From the human T2T-CHM13v2.0 reference genome, Homo sapiens, in NCBI RefSeq assembly GCF_009914755.1, contig NC_060927.1: a DNA stretch of 64,000 bases. One strand, written 5' to 3'. Positions within the stretch are counted from its first letter, which is position 1; each line of letters opens with the position of its first letter. Below are positions 41,366-58,063 of the stretch, piece by piece. The notes below the pieces were generated by a model that made no database searches, had not been told where the DNA came from, and saw nothing but the letters and a program-made list of their open reading frames with translations. The position numbers and the translations under genes are program-made.

Positions 41366-42802
41366 TCTCCTACTCCTATGCCAGAAAACAAGTCTTAAGA
41401 AGATTTATGGATATTCCTTCAGGTTTAAGTAAAAACCTTCATGTTACATGAATGTGTGTAAAAATCACTTCTTGAAATCAATATTCAGAGGCACAGAAAA
41501 TGTTTTTGCATAGTGAGCTCTTCCTTTTATGATTGAAAATTAAATGAAGTAAGAATAAGAGAATGTTTAATAGGCTCATAAACATGTCAGTTGTCACAAT
41601 TGCAAAAGCTGACTGTCCAGTGATTGGGTAGATATATATTGCATCATCTGGGTAATGACTTCAACCATATTAAAATAATATGGCTGTTTAGATAGGGAGG
41701 GGAAACAATAATTTTTTTTAATGAGGGGCAATAATTTCTAAATATGTAGCTTGGAGTAGGGAAGACTAAAGCTACTGTGGAGCCAGAAAGCTTGGATTTA
41801 ATGATTTTGAATTTTAATATTGCATTTGCTTGGTTTACAGCAACTCGTTGAATTGTATATACCACACTAGCCAGTAAGCTTACTTAGCATGAGAATGAGG
41901 GCTTATCTTTTATAATAATAGTGAGGTTGATCCTTGGATAACCTGGGTCCAGCATGAAGATGTTTTATAAATATTTACTAAGTGAAGGAATGACTATAAT
42001 CTCTTAGACCCTAAGTTTTCTTATTTATAAAATGTAACTCACTAGTTGAGTTTGCTTGTCATACCTTAGACCAGGAAAGTTTCCAGGACATAAAGAGTCT
42101 TGTACTTCATAAATAAATGAATTTAAAATGTATCTCCTTGACATGTTGAAGGATAGATAAATGTCATGTTTAAAACAAATATTATTCGCACTAATGTGAC
42201 ATCTGTTCCTACCATTGTCTTCTAATGATGCATGAATGAAGGAGGATTTGAGAATTCAGCTGAAAGATAGATTTACGACATCTCCTTTTACTTCAGGCTA
42301 TAGAGGCTCATGTGATTTTTTTTTTAATGCTCTTGTGGGATACAAGTTTCTCAATTATGGCTACCACAATTGGAAAAGTTATATTCCACTATTATTAATA
42401 ATAAGACCTACTCTACCTCCCTGATGTGTGAAGTTCAAATGAAACCCTAAATGTGAAAATATGAAGCAAATATACAAACTTTGATTATGTGAAACAATAT
42501 ATAATTGGTAATTGTAATTATTCATTATAACTAATTTGTGTTATTGATAAGGTAAGGAAAATATAGACCACAAGAGCTAATTGAATTTATGTCATCAGAT
42601 TTCTGCTAGTTGTGTTGTAAATTTGTGCCTGTGACTTTTTGCCTTTATGGAGAAAAGCTGAGAATTCACTGCGACTGTACATTCTTCAAACATGCAACCT
42701 TCCACCACATCACACAGTGGACCCAGCTTTTGGAGCTACTTAATGAGAATTATTTATAAACTTCATGAGGAATTTGAATTAAAGGCAATTTTCCTTGAAA
42801 AA

Positions 42803-43153
42803 TGATATGGTTTGGCTGTGTTCCCACCCAAATTTCATCTTGAATTCCCAGGTGTTGTGGGAGGGACCCGGTGAGATGTAATTGAACATGGGGGCAAGTC
42901 TTTCCCGTGCTGCTCTCGTGATAGTGAATAAGTCTCACGAGATCTGATGACTTTATAAAGAGGAGTTCCCCTACACAAGCTCTCTCTCTTTGCCCACCAC
43001 CATCCGTGTAAGACGTCACTTGCTCCTCCTTCTGCCATGATTGTGAGGCCTCCCCAGCTACGTGGAACTCTAAGTCCATTAAACCTTTCTTCCTGTATAA
43101 ATTGCCCAGTCTCGGGTATGTCTTTATCAGCAGCATGAAAACGGACTAATACA
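42803..43153 (+). mobile_element. THE1B-like solo LTR
   Basis: tgatatggtttggctgtgttcccacccaaat...gatagtgaataagtctcacgagatctgatg...cagcatgaaaacggactaataca. Confidence 0.95.
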
Positions 43154-43249
43154 GAAAGCTTCCTTGCTATGAATTAGACAAAAAGAAAACAAAAAAAGGA
43201 AGAGAGAGAACAAGTTTCATATGTAACTAACATTTGGGAAACAATGATA

Positions 43250-43455
43250 ACAGTATTAATGTCATACTTATTGAGTCCTTACTTTAAGACTGTTCATTCA
43301 ACATGTAATAATTCATTTAATCTTCACAACAACTTATGGAGTAGGTATGATTTCTATTACACTCATTTTACAGATGAAGAAACTGAAGAATAAAAAGAAT
43401 AAGTGAATTATCCAAGTAAATACAGAATGTCAGTTTCAGATGCAGTCCAAACCCC
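43250..43455 (-). mobile_element. MIR SINE
   Basis: tcatttaatcttcacaacaac...cattttacagatgaagaaactgaag. Confidence 0.75.
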
Positions 43456-44029
43456 ATAGCCCTGAGCATGTCACAATAGTTAGTATGTGATTATTAATTT
43501 AACTGAAAATTTCAGTTAAAAATAGCTTAAAAAACACCCCAAATATTTTAAATATAACCTAATTATTAACAGATAAAGACTACAGTAAGAAGGTAAATCA
43601 TTTTAGAGTTAATTTACTGATTTGTTACAAGTCTAGTGAGAGATGACATATGCTTCAAGTCAACATAACTTTAGTTTTAGTGTTTTTATCACCTTTTGAA
43701 AAGTACTTTAAAAATAATTTTATCTTTAGAAATGTTGGCTTCATTTTGTGGCTACGTTATCATATAATAGCTCAGTTTTCAATATTCTGGTTTCACTTAT
43801 TTAAAGTAGCCATAGTTTAATGTAAGTTTCTTTCCTACCGAAATGTGACTTGATTTTTTCCATAACACCCTTTATTAGGTGAATTTCTGCTGCAACTCTT
43901 TTAAAAGTCCACTAGTAGAAATATGAAAGAAAAAATATAAAGCATTTGTGTTTAGTACCTGTGAGTGCACTTATGCTGGGTTTCAAAATTTACAAGGTAT
44001 TTTCATAGGTAGTATCACAGTTGTATTTC

Positions 44030-44175
44030 TTAATATTTCTATGAAGTATCATCATCCTCTTTTTCAAATGAGTAAGAGGAGGTTCACAATAGTGAAGTGA
44101 ATTGCACAGAATCTCACAGAAGTGGTAGAACTAGAATTCAAACCTATATCTTCAGTGCCTGAAGTTCAACATTCT
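44030..44175 (-). mobile_element. MIR fragment
   Basis: tttttcaaatgagtaagaggagg..gtgaagtgaattgcacag..gtggtagaactagaattcaaacc. Confidence 0.6.
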
Positions 44176-46284
44176 GTTGCCTGGTAACTATGATTGTCCA
44201 TTCCTCCTTTCTTTATCTCCACTATCAATGATGAATAGTATAAGGAGGAAGTTGGTTGAGCCTTAGGAGACTCATGAAGGTCAAGATTTTTCTTTTTTGA
44301 GGCTCTCAGTTTGTCCCTAGTGACTAAGAATAAAACAACTTACTCAGGTCTTGAAATGGAACTGCATATACATCATTTTAAGTAAAATCCTAAAATTAAA
44401 ACCATTTATAACAGTTATTCCATTAGTATTATCTAAATTCTTCAGAACAGATAATATATTTATTATACTTCATGTATAATTTTATATTCTAAACAATGAG
44501 AGCATAAAGACCAAAACATTGTTTAAATGCACTTCCCAATTATTTGTGGGCATATATGAATTTTCTAGAGATGTTGATTAATGCCATAGCTCACTTTAAC
44601 CTACAGAGAATTACATTAAGCCTGAGACCTAAAGAGAAATTGACTGGTTGAAAAGCTAATTGCAACAAAAAGCTTAGGTCATCACTTCATGAAGTCTATT
44701 GATTTGAAAATGACTATGATACATAAGATGTGTTTGCACTTTTTGGATAATTTTCACAAAGCAAATACACCCAATCTTTTTTTAAAAAAATAAGCAAAAA
44801 TATACATGCTAAATTGAATCAAATATATTTGGTTTGGAGAAGGATGTGAATTAAATTGAAACTCTTCTCCTTTTGCCTCTTCATTTTATGTTGTGCCACC
44901 TCTGTTCTGTTTATTTGACACATCCCTGAAAGCAGTATAAGCTATCACTAAAATTGTATAACCACAGACTAAATGGATCACACAACTTAAAATAGAAGTC
45001 TGTTTTAGGAAAATGATCAAATATTAAGGATCCCAAATCCACACATTTTTTTAAAAATAAAAATTAATAACTTATTTGTGTAGCTAATTTAAACAGAACT
45101 TTTATGTGTTTGCAGCTCTATTGTGTTTTTTGTCCTACAAGCAGAAATGCAACACTGCTCTTACAAACATCATATTTAATTGTTGAAGAGACTGCAGTAT
45201 GCCATTACAGATGGATTGATAGCCTTGATGATATCATTGAACTTTTGTCGTGCCTAACCTGGAAGACTTGCTATAAGCCAGAAAATTTTTGTCATTCATT
45301 TTGCTTCTGAAAGGCCAGATTTATTTACAATCTTGAATGACATTGGACACATGCACGTGAAACAGCCTGAAATCTATCATGCAGTGAATATCTTATAAAA
45401 CTGCTACTTAAAATACTAAGTATTGACCTGGTTTTCAGAACCATCTTCAAAGTCAACGACTTTCAATTTGTTTACTTATAAACACTGATTTTCAGTGGAT
45501 AGTAACAACTTTGTATTTTCATTCTTTTTTTTTCCTTGAGTAACCAGAGGCCACCAAACATGCACCATGTTTTCCTATTTTTTTAAATTAAGTGAGAAAC
45601 AACAGAATGAGAAATGCATGTATATGTCTGTTATTTATTAATATCAATATGTAACTGATTAGTGAAAATATACTAGTAATAGAGTTTATCTTTGGGTGGA
45701 TTATTCAGTGAATTTTTTAAAAATCTCAGCTTATACTTACATGCAGCAAAATTGCATAGTAATAGTGCTGTCAGTGAAAAAGCAAGATTGTTTTTGAGCT
45801 TTCTGTGTTTTGGAGCAAAAATGTGGCATATGTTACTATGAACTTGTAATTCCATCCATATTAAAACTGAATTTATGTTCAGTACAAATTAAATAAGAAA
45901 GCAATTGAGCACCTTCTGTGAACCAGGTTTGAATTTTCAAGCATGTGATAACAATAGCTAGTGTTTAGCTAATAATTATAATACTAAAATCTACTGCTTA
46001 TAGAGTTTATGCTAGAAACGGTGCTAAGCATTTTAAAAGAATTATCTAATTTGATTCTCACAATAGCCTTATGAAGTAGTTATTTTGTTTCTCCTTACTA
46101 TAGAGATGACAAAATTAAGATTTATAAAGTTAGGGACTAATATTTCATAAAGGAGTTTACTTTGTGCTCATTTGTGCTGTAGTAGATCAAGACCTAATTA
46201 AGCCATATTAAAGCCATTCCATTTGGAATTGTCACCTATCCAGGGAAGCTGCCTGCCTGTTAAATTTAGTTTTCTTGAAAGGGT

Positions 46285-47497
46285 TTAATTTTAAATTTTT
46301 ATTTTTATAGATTTGGTTAATACAAGTATAGTTTTGTTACATGGATATATTGCTTAGTGGTGAAGTCTGAACTTTTAGTGCACCCATTGCCCAAATCATG
46401 AACATTGTACCTGACAGGTAACTTTTCCATCCCCATACCACTCCTATCCCCACTCCCACCTTTTGGAGTCTCCAGTTTCTATTTTTCTACTCTGTATGTT
46501 CATGTGTGCTCAGCATTTAGCTCCCACTTATAAGTGAGAACATGCAGTATTTGACTTTCTGTTTCTGAGTTATTTTGCTCAGGATAATAGCCTCCATTTT
46601 CATCCATGTTGTTGCAAGGGACATGATTTCAATGTTTAGCTCCCACTTATTAGTGAGAACATTGCAGTATTTGACTTTCTGTTTCTGAGTTATTTCACTC
46701 AGGATATTAGCCTCCATTTTCATCCATGTTGTTGCAAGGGACATGATTTCGTTCTTTTTTTATGACTGAATAGTACTTTATGGTATATATACAACATTTT
46801 CTTTATCCAGTCATTCATTAGATGGATACTAAGGTTGATTCCATGTCTTTGCTATTGTGAATAGTGCTGCAACAAACATACAAGTGCAGGTGTCTTTTTA
46901 ATATAGTGGCTTATTTTCCTTTGAGTGGCAGAATTGAAGTCGTTCTACTTTTAGTTCTTTGAGAAATCAGTGTTTTCCCTAGTCGTTGTACTAATTTACG
47001 TTCTCACCAACAATGTATAGGCCTTCCCTTTTCTCTGCACCCTAACCAACGTTTGTTGATTTTTGACTTTTTAATAGTAGCTATTCTTACTGCTATAAGA
47101 TGGCATCTCATTTTGGTTTTAGTTTGCATTTCTCTGATGATTAATGATGTTGAACATTTTTTCATATGTTTGTTGGCTGCTTATATCTCTGTTTTTGAAA
47201 ATAGTCTGTTCATGTTTTTTGCCCACTTTTTAATGGGGTTATTTGTTTGTTTGTTTTCTTGTTGAGTTGTTTGAGTCTGGATATTAGTCCTTTTCTGGAT
47301 GCATAGTTTGCAAATATTTTCTCCCATTCTGTAAACTGTTTACTCTGTTGATTATTTCTTTTGCTGTGCAGAAGCTTTTTGGTTTAATGAAGTTCAATTT
47401 GTCTACTTTTGTTTTTGTTGCATTTACTTTTGAGGATTTAGTCATAAATCCTTTCCCAGTCCAATGTCCAAAAGAGTTTTTCCTCAGTTTTCTGGTA
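46285..47497 (-). mobile_element. L1PB-type LINE-1 3' end with internal tandem duplication
   Basis: gttttgttacatggatatattg..tagtggtgaagtctg 3'UTR; ORF2 peptides MSLATTWMKMEAIILS and [14 protein letters not shown] on the minus strand. Confidence 0.92.
46516..46750. repeat. About 119-bp tandem duplication inside L1PB
   Basis: tttagctcccactta...gttgcaagggacatgatttc at 46516-46630 and 46635-46750, with few differences. Confidence 0.95.
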
Positions 47498-47980
47498 TGG
47501 ACGTGTGACATCCTTTCTTTTCATCACACTTTCAGTGTATAAGTGTGGGTTGAGTATTCAGGGGAATACATGATCTCTTCTATAACTTCCACTAACGGTA
47601 TTCTATAATGCTGTCATTATAATTTGAATGTGAAGAGTTCTTCTGATCGGAAGCCTTCATGTGCATTGCTGTTTTGTCAGGCATGGAGCAATCAACTGAT
47701 AGATTGATACAACTTTGGCTGTAGAAATTGACTAAATAGAATACTGACGTTCCATATCATGGAGTAGCTTTAAGCTCTTTAGAAAGCAACTCAACAAGCA
47801 ACATCTTGAAGATCATTCATTTTAGAAAACCACACTACATATTTTAAAATTCAGGTGAATACAGATTTTGTACCAAAAGTGATAAAATTGTGCACCATGG
47901 CAGAAAGTCTATAAAAAGGAAAGATGGTAGTATGAAACTTTAGGAAATGTTTGTTTTATTTGTTGTGCAATTTTTCCTGA

Positions 47981-48361
<381 letters not shown>

Positions 48362-48707
48362 AGTCTTTTCAAATGAACATAGTCACTGTTAGCATATTTG
48401 ACTATCTCTTTTCATTTTTTTTCCAAAAATATATATTGATAGATAAGCAGATACATATGGAATCACCATCGTAAATGTAAATATAAGTAATAAACACATC
48501 TTTAATATGTCAAGACATTGGCAGAGGTAAATAAATATTACTTTAGAATGTGACTAATTGTTAATTATGGTATAATGGTTCTTTGGATGTGTCATAATCT
48601 ACTTAAAATTCGACTGATATTTAGATAGCTCCTATTTTTTTCTGTGATATTAAAAATACATAAATCATTATGCACATTGTGATTATATCCTTAAGATATG
48701 TTCTTGA

Positions 48708-49035
48708 GACTGGGTGTGGTTGCTCACGCCTGTAATCCTAGCACTTTGGGAGGCCAAGGCGGGCAGATCATCTGAGGTCAGGAGTTCGAGACCAGCCTGG
48801 CCAACATGGCAAAACCCTGTCTCTGCTAAAACTACAAAAATTCGCTGGGTGTGGTGGTGGTCACCTGTAATCCCAGTTACTTGGGAGCCTGAGGCAGGGA
48901 GAATCACTTGAACTGGGAGGCGGAGGTTGCAGTGAGCTGAGATTGCATCATTGCACTACTCCAGCCTGGGCGACAGAGCGAAACTCTGTCTCAAAAATAA
49001 ATAAATTAATTAATTAATTAAAATAAATAAATAAA
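48708..49035 (+). mobile_element. AluS (Sx/Sz-like) with (TAAA)n tail
   Basis: gatcatctgaggtcaggagttcgagaccagcctggccaacatggc; TSD-like atat(g/t)ttcttga. Confidence 0.96.
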
Positions 49036-51137
49036 TATATATTTTCTTGAAAGTAGAATTGCTGCAGAGAAAAGTATATGCATATTCTGATATTTGTAAC
49101 CACTTGAATTTCAGAAACTGTTCCTACTTTGTGCTCCTGTTAGCAAAGTATGGTATGGCCTTTTTGCCACACCTTTACTGCCTTTACAGCAGCACTGATT
49201 TTCATCTTTATAAATTTCATAGAGAATTAATAGGATTAATTTTATTTTGGTTTTACTTTTTTACCTACCAATAAGATTCAACAGCATTTGACATCTTTTT
49301 TACATTTTTATTTCTGACTTTTTAAATCAATTCATTTCCTTTTATTAGACTCAATTTCTGTTTGTGAATGTTTACCTTTTCCTTATATACATATAGTTAA
49401 TATAAATCTTACATATGTGTGTATAGATATATATGTATAGATATATATGATATGTACCCTTCACCTTATGTGTGTCAATATTGTTTTCTTCATTTCTTAT
49501 TTATCTTTGAGTTTTGGTCACTCTGAATAATAGAGTCTAAAGTTTACATGGGAAGTTTATCAGCCTTTCCATTTATGCTTTTTAACCATGGTGTTATTCT
49601 AGCTCCAAAAATGTAAAAAATATTTTTAAAGTATCCATAGCTATTTTATATTTTACTAAAATTCCATCTAAGCAGAAAGGATATTTTAAGTCCTTTTTAA
49701 TGTTATTTTTATTTACTAATTATTTTGACCAACAAAACCACTAATTGTCTTTTATTTCTTAACATCTGCCAATGTCTGTCCGATCTTACAGTTTGATTTG
49801 ATAATGGCCAAATTTAATCTGATATTTGACATTTGTTAATAATGTGCATAATTGTTAGGTTTAAGGTAAATAGACATATGTGGAAAGGGACACTTATACA
49901 TGATATTCATTATTTTAATGTATCTTTATTGATAATTTTCTCTAATATTATCTCACAGAGATACAGTTGTTCACATTCCTTATGAGTAAAAGGCTTTGCT
50001 TTCAGTTCTCCCATACCAGATATGACAGCCTAAGGAAGAAATTTTCAAATATTTTCATCAATCAAACTGACCACTTTATTCAAACAAATTCTAAATTGAG
50101 AGCTATCCAATATGTAAAACACATTAAAGCAGTTTTTCACTTACTGAATTGGTTATATGCTAGGGTGGGCCTCTGTCTCACACTACACTCTGTCTCTGTC
50201 TAGGCACTCCCTGAGACAGCTCTTTGAATCCTTAAGGATATGAAGCGCAGTCTTTCAGCTCGGAAGAGTAAAAGTCAGATCCAGTCAAATAAATGAGTCA
50301 GGTTGCTCAGTATGATGGAATAAGTTGTGGAAAAAACTGGTGGACATAGTAAACATGTATTTGATCCAAAAGTATAAATTAGTTTCTGAAGCCCTTTTCA
50401 GGACTATGAAAACCCGACATTACTTTTGTTTTAAAATTTCTGTATTTATTTCAGGTAAAGCCAGGCAGAAGCAATTTGACTGGACTATATTAACCTAGCT
50501 GTCCATTAAAGTAATTTTGCCATAGTATGTTGTTATATTAGGTCTTATGTTTTAGTAAAGGTCACCATTATTTAAAAAAAAAATAAATTAGGAAATATTT
50601 CACATTTTTTGAAAAACCTCTTTTGGAGACTTTGTCATTGTTTTATCCAATGACCCTTATATTCAAAACTCATGTAAGATATTCCTATGGAATTTAATGT
50701 CCATAAAGTCTGTCCCTCCTGAAAAACAAATATTTCCTTTTCAACAGTCATGGAAAATTATATAACTTCTTGTTTTATTCTCTTTTTAAAATTACCTATC
50801 AGAAATCTCAGACCTATTTTTTTAAAATAATGATGGCACAAGCAATATTATAACAACAAAAATGAAGACTTTAAATGACATAACTCTACCATTGTTCTAG
50901 ATCAAATTATTTATTTCTTAAAGCTTTTCAGATTTTCTCCATAAGAATAGGTAGCTTTTGTAGTTGCAACTAAAACACAGAAACAATTTGTAATCCATTT
51001 CAGGAAAACGGTTTCTCATATTGTTGCATAAGTCATTGCAATTATAATTTTAATAACTGCATTCAAGTAATACGTTTAACTTACTTGGTTATTTCCGTAT
51101 TGGTGAACATTTAAATTGTTACCAATGTTTTTGCTTG

Positions 51138-51140
<3 letters not shown>

Positions 51141-51173
<33 letters not shown>
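51141..51173. repeat. (TG)16 microsatellite
   Basis: Perfect dinucleotide run. Confidence 0.98.
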
Positions 51174-51174
<1 letters not shown>

Positions 51175-52099
51175 CTTCACTTTCCTTTTAATGACAATAC
51201 TTTTTTGAATAACTTCATATGATCTTGTCAGTTCATTATGAGGCCTGCATGATATTATGTATGGAAGGTATCTAACATAGTTTAATTGCTTTGGACTATA
51301 TCTTTGGATAAATTCTTAAGAGTGGAGATATGGATTCCTGAAACTGGGCTTATTCCAACACCTGTCCCCTTCTTTAACAAACTAAGTTTAAAAAATAATA
51401 TCTAAACTTGTATGTAAACTTATACTCCAATTTCCCTTAGGTAATCAGCCTTTATTGATCTTTCTCTCTATGATATTCTGCAGCACAAAGCATAGGACTT
51501 AATTATAAAGCCATATATTCTTTGTTAATTACTACACGTTTATTAGTCATGAATGCCTGGCTTCTTGACAGAATCAGGTGTAAGCAAAATAAACAAGCAC
51601 ATAAAGTTTCAGTTAATGGAATTTTCTTTGGAATATTGTAATGGAAAGTAAAGAGGATCAAGAAATAGTGTGACTAGGCCTTCTCTTTCTGGCTATGATG
51701 GGATAAGTAGTAGCAGACCAATTATCTTGCTGACAACAACTAGAAATGTTGTATGTAATATTAAAAAAACCACACATCTGAAGATATTAGAGAATATTGT
51801 GGCAGCCAGGAAAGCCACTGAGGTGAGCTATCTTATCAAGGGATTGATTCATGAGTGACACAGTGAAAAAGGCTGAAAAGGTAGGAAGAAAGTGGCTGCT
51901 AGTAGGAAGAAAAGGTATGTTGAACAGTCAGCAGTCCCAGCAGGCTGGGGAGACATAAACTGAAATTCAGAATTACCAGAGAAGCCAAAATCTGAAGGAT
52001 CAAGATACTGGAGAAAAGGTGTACCAGTGAGAATCCATAAGAGACAGAAACCACAGATTGATTTGGTCAGAGAAAAAAATACTATGAAGAATTATGAAT

Positions 52100-52700
52100 T
52101 AGAACTAAAGATAAAGTACTAAAAGGGGTAAACAGAATGTTGAAGAATATAGGAATAGCATATGTAGAAAGTGGCCACCATGTCTAGGACTGGAGGAGAG
52201 TACCCAAGAGTGAAACAAACTTGGAAGCATCCTGTCAATTCCCTGGCCAGGTTGAAAGTCAAATCTCACTGGAAAGGGTATGGCTATGGCTCACTGGATG
52301 GCAGGAAAGTTTTCTGAAATGCTGCTGCTCAGGGATGATGGGCAGGAACATGTCCACTGGGGTGGCACTGAAATTCACTGGGAAGCTGCCTACTGGAGGA
52401 CTGGTAAAACTTGCTTAATGGTATTCACTTCTAGGTTTTTTGTATACCACTGGCAAAATAGCTGCTCACTGGTGAAGAAGCTACCCATTGACAAGAAAGT
52501 GGCCAGCTGGCAGCCACAATGCACAAGCCTGAAAAACAAATTATATTGATACTACAGTGAGAGTTTTCTTCCTCTTGCAGTTTTCCTCCAGAGCCCTCTG
52601 CTAAGAAGGCTCAACAAGAAGCTGGCAAGGGAGAAATATTTACAGGGTCCAGCTCCTGTATTTATCATAAAGCAAGACAGAGAAGAGTGGAATTATAAAA
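52100..52700. mobile_element. Probable old ERVL-class LTR (LTR33/40/41-like)
   Basis: Higher-GC block inside the A-rich L1, with cagagccctctgct..aagctggcaagggagaaatatttacagggtccagctcc motif. Confidence 0.4.
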
Positions 52701-53175
52701 ACAAGAAAAGCTGTGACAAGATGGAAATTTTTACTGGAGAAGTAGGATTTATAAAAGAATCAACTGCAAATAGTTGAAATGAAAAAGGAAATAACTTTAA
52801 TAGCAAATGTAATAGATGGGATTAATGGCATATTATAAACAACTTATTATGGAATTGACAACCTGAAAGGTCAGTAGGCTATCTCTACTGAAGCAAACAA
52901 CAAAAAATAATAAAATATAATAGAAAATAGCATGAAGCAAATGATGTATAGATAATAGGTATCATAAGCCTGTGTATGGAAGTACTAGAAAGAAAGGACA
53001 ATAAAAATGAGACAAAAGCAATATTTGAATAGATACTGGTGAGACAATTTCTTTAAACTGAAGGACATCTAACTACAAAATCAAAATGCACTACAAATTG
53101 CAAGGAGGAAAACTACAAAGAAAAACATCACGGTACATCATAGTAAAATATATGTAGAAAAATAACAAAAATAAA

Positions 53176-53445
53176 ATTTTGACACAGCATAATTGTACAT
53201 ATTTATGAGGCACAATGTGTTTTGATACATATATACATTGTGTAATGGTAAAATCATGGTAACTAGCATATCTATCACCTTAAACATTTATCATTTCTTA
53301 ATTATAGAAGCATTCAAAATCCTGTCGTATAGCCATTTCAAATATACAATACATTTATTGTTAGCTATAGTCACCCTACTGTGCAATAAAGTACTGGAAC
53401 TTATTCTTCCAATCTAACTGTTATGTTGTATTCGTTAACCAATCA
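53176..53445 (-). mobile_element. L1MA 3'UTR fragment
   Basis: ataattgtacatatttatg..acattgtgtaatg..catatctatcaccttaaacatttatcatttc..tatagtcaccctactgtgcaata. Confidence 0.85.
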
Positions 53446-53589
53446 AAGGGAAAATCTTAAAAGCACACAGAGAAAAACAATCAGATTACTTTCAAAAGGA
53501 AATTTAAGTGATGATAGAATGACACTGCTAATAAGCTTTTTAAAAACCTCTAGAATTCTATTCCATTGAAAATATTATTGAAAACATCA

Positions 53590-54295
53590 GGTGTAACTAT
53601 AAATGGAGAAGAGGCAGATCTCTACATAAGAGTTCCAAATAATTTGTTTAGATACTCTGCCCTCAAGAGGGAGCATTTCTCTCCACTTTCTGTGTGTGGG
53701 CTGTACATAATGACTTTGCTCCAAAGACTATGGAAAGAGGAAAAAAATAGCGTAACTTTGTTACTCTAGAATGGAGAAACCTGACAAATGCTACATCAGC
53801 CAGGGATCGAGGTCAACATCAATAGTGCTAAGTCATGTTGAGGTAATAAAGACACTTTACCTCTATAATCTTCCTCCTTATAACCCACAATCCCTGTTTA
53901 AAATAAGAAAAACACTACAAAAATCCAAATGGAGAGACATTTTATAGGATGCCTGCCCAGTATTTCTCAAAACCATCAAAGTCATCAAAACTAAGGAAAG
54001 TCTGAGAAACTGTCATAGTCAAGAAGAACCTAAGGACCATGACAACTAAATATAAAATTCTGGGAGACATCCTGGGACAGGAAAAGAACATTAGGTCAAA
54101 GCTAAGGAAATTTTATTTAAATATGCACTAGATAATACAATCTATCAATATTAGGTTATTAATTATAACTAATGTGCTATACTAATAAGATGTTTAAAAC
54201 AGTGAAATATGGGATGTTGGAGTACATGTGAACTCTGTACTCTTTAAGATTTTTCTGTAAATCTAAAAAAAGCTAACATATTTTATTTAAAAATT
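53590..54295 (+). mobile_element. L1MC/L1MD 3'UTR fragment
   Basis: gtgtgggctgtacataatgac..ggagaaacctgacaaa..ggtcaacatcaatagtgctaagtcatgttg..ggaaagtctgagaaactgtca. Confidence 0.8.
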
Positions 54296-55036
54296 AAGGT
54301 AAAAAAATCACCTTTTTTGATATTGCCATTTCCTGACTAAATATGAAAAAAATGTTGCCAGCAGATCCATATGAAAAGAAATACTAAGAGCAATTTTCAG
54401 GCCAAAGGACATTATTCTGGAAAGAAGCACAGAAATGAAGGAAGCAATAAAGAATGCCAGAAAAGGTAACTATGTGAATAAACCTAAATTACTTCTGAAT
54501 ATATAAAATAATAACTATGATGTCTTATGGGGTTTAAATATCCAAAAATAAAATACATAATAACAATAATATAATAGGTAGGAAAAGCTTTAAAAGAGTT
54601 AAACTGTAAGGTTCTAGCATTATATGGGAAGCGGTTAAAGTACTAATTTATATTAGATTTTAATAATAGATGTTTTAATATCTAGAATTACCACTAAAAG
54701 AATAACAAAGGAATATATGACCGACAGTCTAATAAAAAGGGCAAATAGAACACCGAAAATAAATTTTGAGAAAAGTAAGAGTTGAGCATAAAAGTAATAT
54801 AAAATCTATGGGGAATTTAGAAAAACAATAAAATGATAAATTTAATCCAAATATGTTAGCAATTACATTAAACGTCAATGATATGATACTACAGCTAAAA
54901 GTCAAAGATGTTTAAAATATATTAAAATAATGTATATACAGGTATATTTATATATAGAGAGAGAATTTCTCAGATATATGAATACAAAAAAAGGGAAAAA
55001 CTAAAGTTTAGAAAATGAAATGACATGCAAAGTCAT

Positions 55037-56725
<1,689 letters not shown>

Positions 56726-57497
56726 AAACTAACCAAAAGAAAACTGATACAGCTATAACATCAAAAATTCAACTTTAATGAAAAAAGCATAGCTAGATTT
56801 AAAGAGGAACATTTTATAATAACAAAGTGTTAATCTACTAGGAAGATGTGGGGATCCTAAGTTTGTATGCCCCTCATAATAGAGCTTCAAATTATATGAA
56901 ACAAAAATTGCAGTCAGAAAAGGGCACATGTAAAATTAAATAAAGCAATTTCACTATGCTTGTCTTGCTAACTGATAGAACAAGCATATGAAAAAATTAT
57001 TAAATATATAGAGATATGAAAATCATGATTAACAAATCAAATAAATTTACATATTTGTACATATTTGAAATATTACATGTATAATATATGTAAGTATATG
57101 TTGTATACATGCACATATGTACATACAGAAAATATAGCATCTGACCATTGAAGAGTGTACATTATTTTCCAGTAAATATAGATTTTTTTTAAAAAAAAAA
57201 GAATTGACCATGTGCTAAAATATAAAGCAAGCCTTAACAAATTGTAAAGAATTGAAATCATGCAGAGTATATTCTTTGTTCACCATGGAATTAGTCTAGC
57301 ATTTCATAACAAGATGATTGAAAATTCCTCAAATGTGTAAAAAAAAAAATCCCAAAACATACTTCAAAATAACCCAAAGAAGAAATATTTATGTAGATTA
57401 GGAAATAGTTTGTGTCGATGATAATTAAAATGAAACATTAAAATCTGTGGTGTGCAGCTAATACTTTTATTTTTAGGGAAACAAACATATGAGTGTG

Positions 57498-58063
57498 ATG
57501 TGGTCTTTCCAACAAGGCCGCCATCAATTTTTTCCTTGTTTTGACACAGTGTATTCAATTCCCTGATTGATAGGAGGAATTCTCCACCCTTCCAGAATCT
57601 CTGCTGGCCTGTGACTGCTTTAACTAACAAAAGTCTAAGAAGTTAGGCTATGTGACTTCCAAGGCTAGATCATAAGAAACCTTGCAACTTGTCTTTAAAT
57701 CTGCTTTAATAGTCTCCCTGGGGGAGGTAAGCCACCGGTCCTCCACCCTGAGGACACCAAGCAGGAGAAAAGCAGGAGTTTGGCATGTGGGGAGCTTCAT
57801 GGAGAGAGGGGGAGACATCTGACTAGCCACCCAGATGTTCTGACCATCTCAGCCCAAATCCCAACATGGGAGTGTCAAAGCCTCCATGCAGGTCTACCTC
57901 TAGCTGTCACCTTACTACTACCTTCTGTAGGACCCCAAATGAGCACCAACCAGTTGATTATTACCTGAGAATCCCTAGACAGGTGGAAAATAATAGTAAG
58001 TTGTCTTTCTAAGCCACTTAGTGTTAAGGTGATTGGTTACATGTTTACAGATAACCAGGAATA
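57498..58063 (+). mobile_element. MLT1 (F/G-like) MaLR solo LTR
   Basis: ggcctgtgactgctttaactaac..tgtgacttccaaggctagatcataag..taagccacttagtgttaaggtgattggttac..gataaccagga. Confidence 0.75.
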
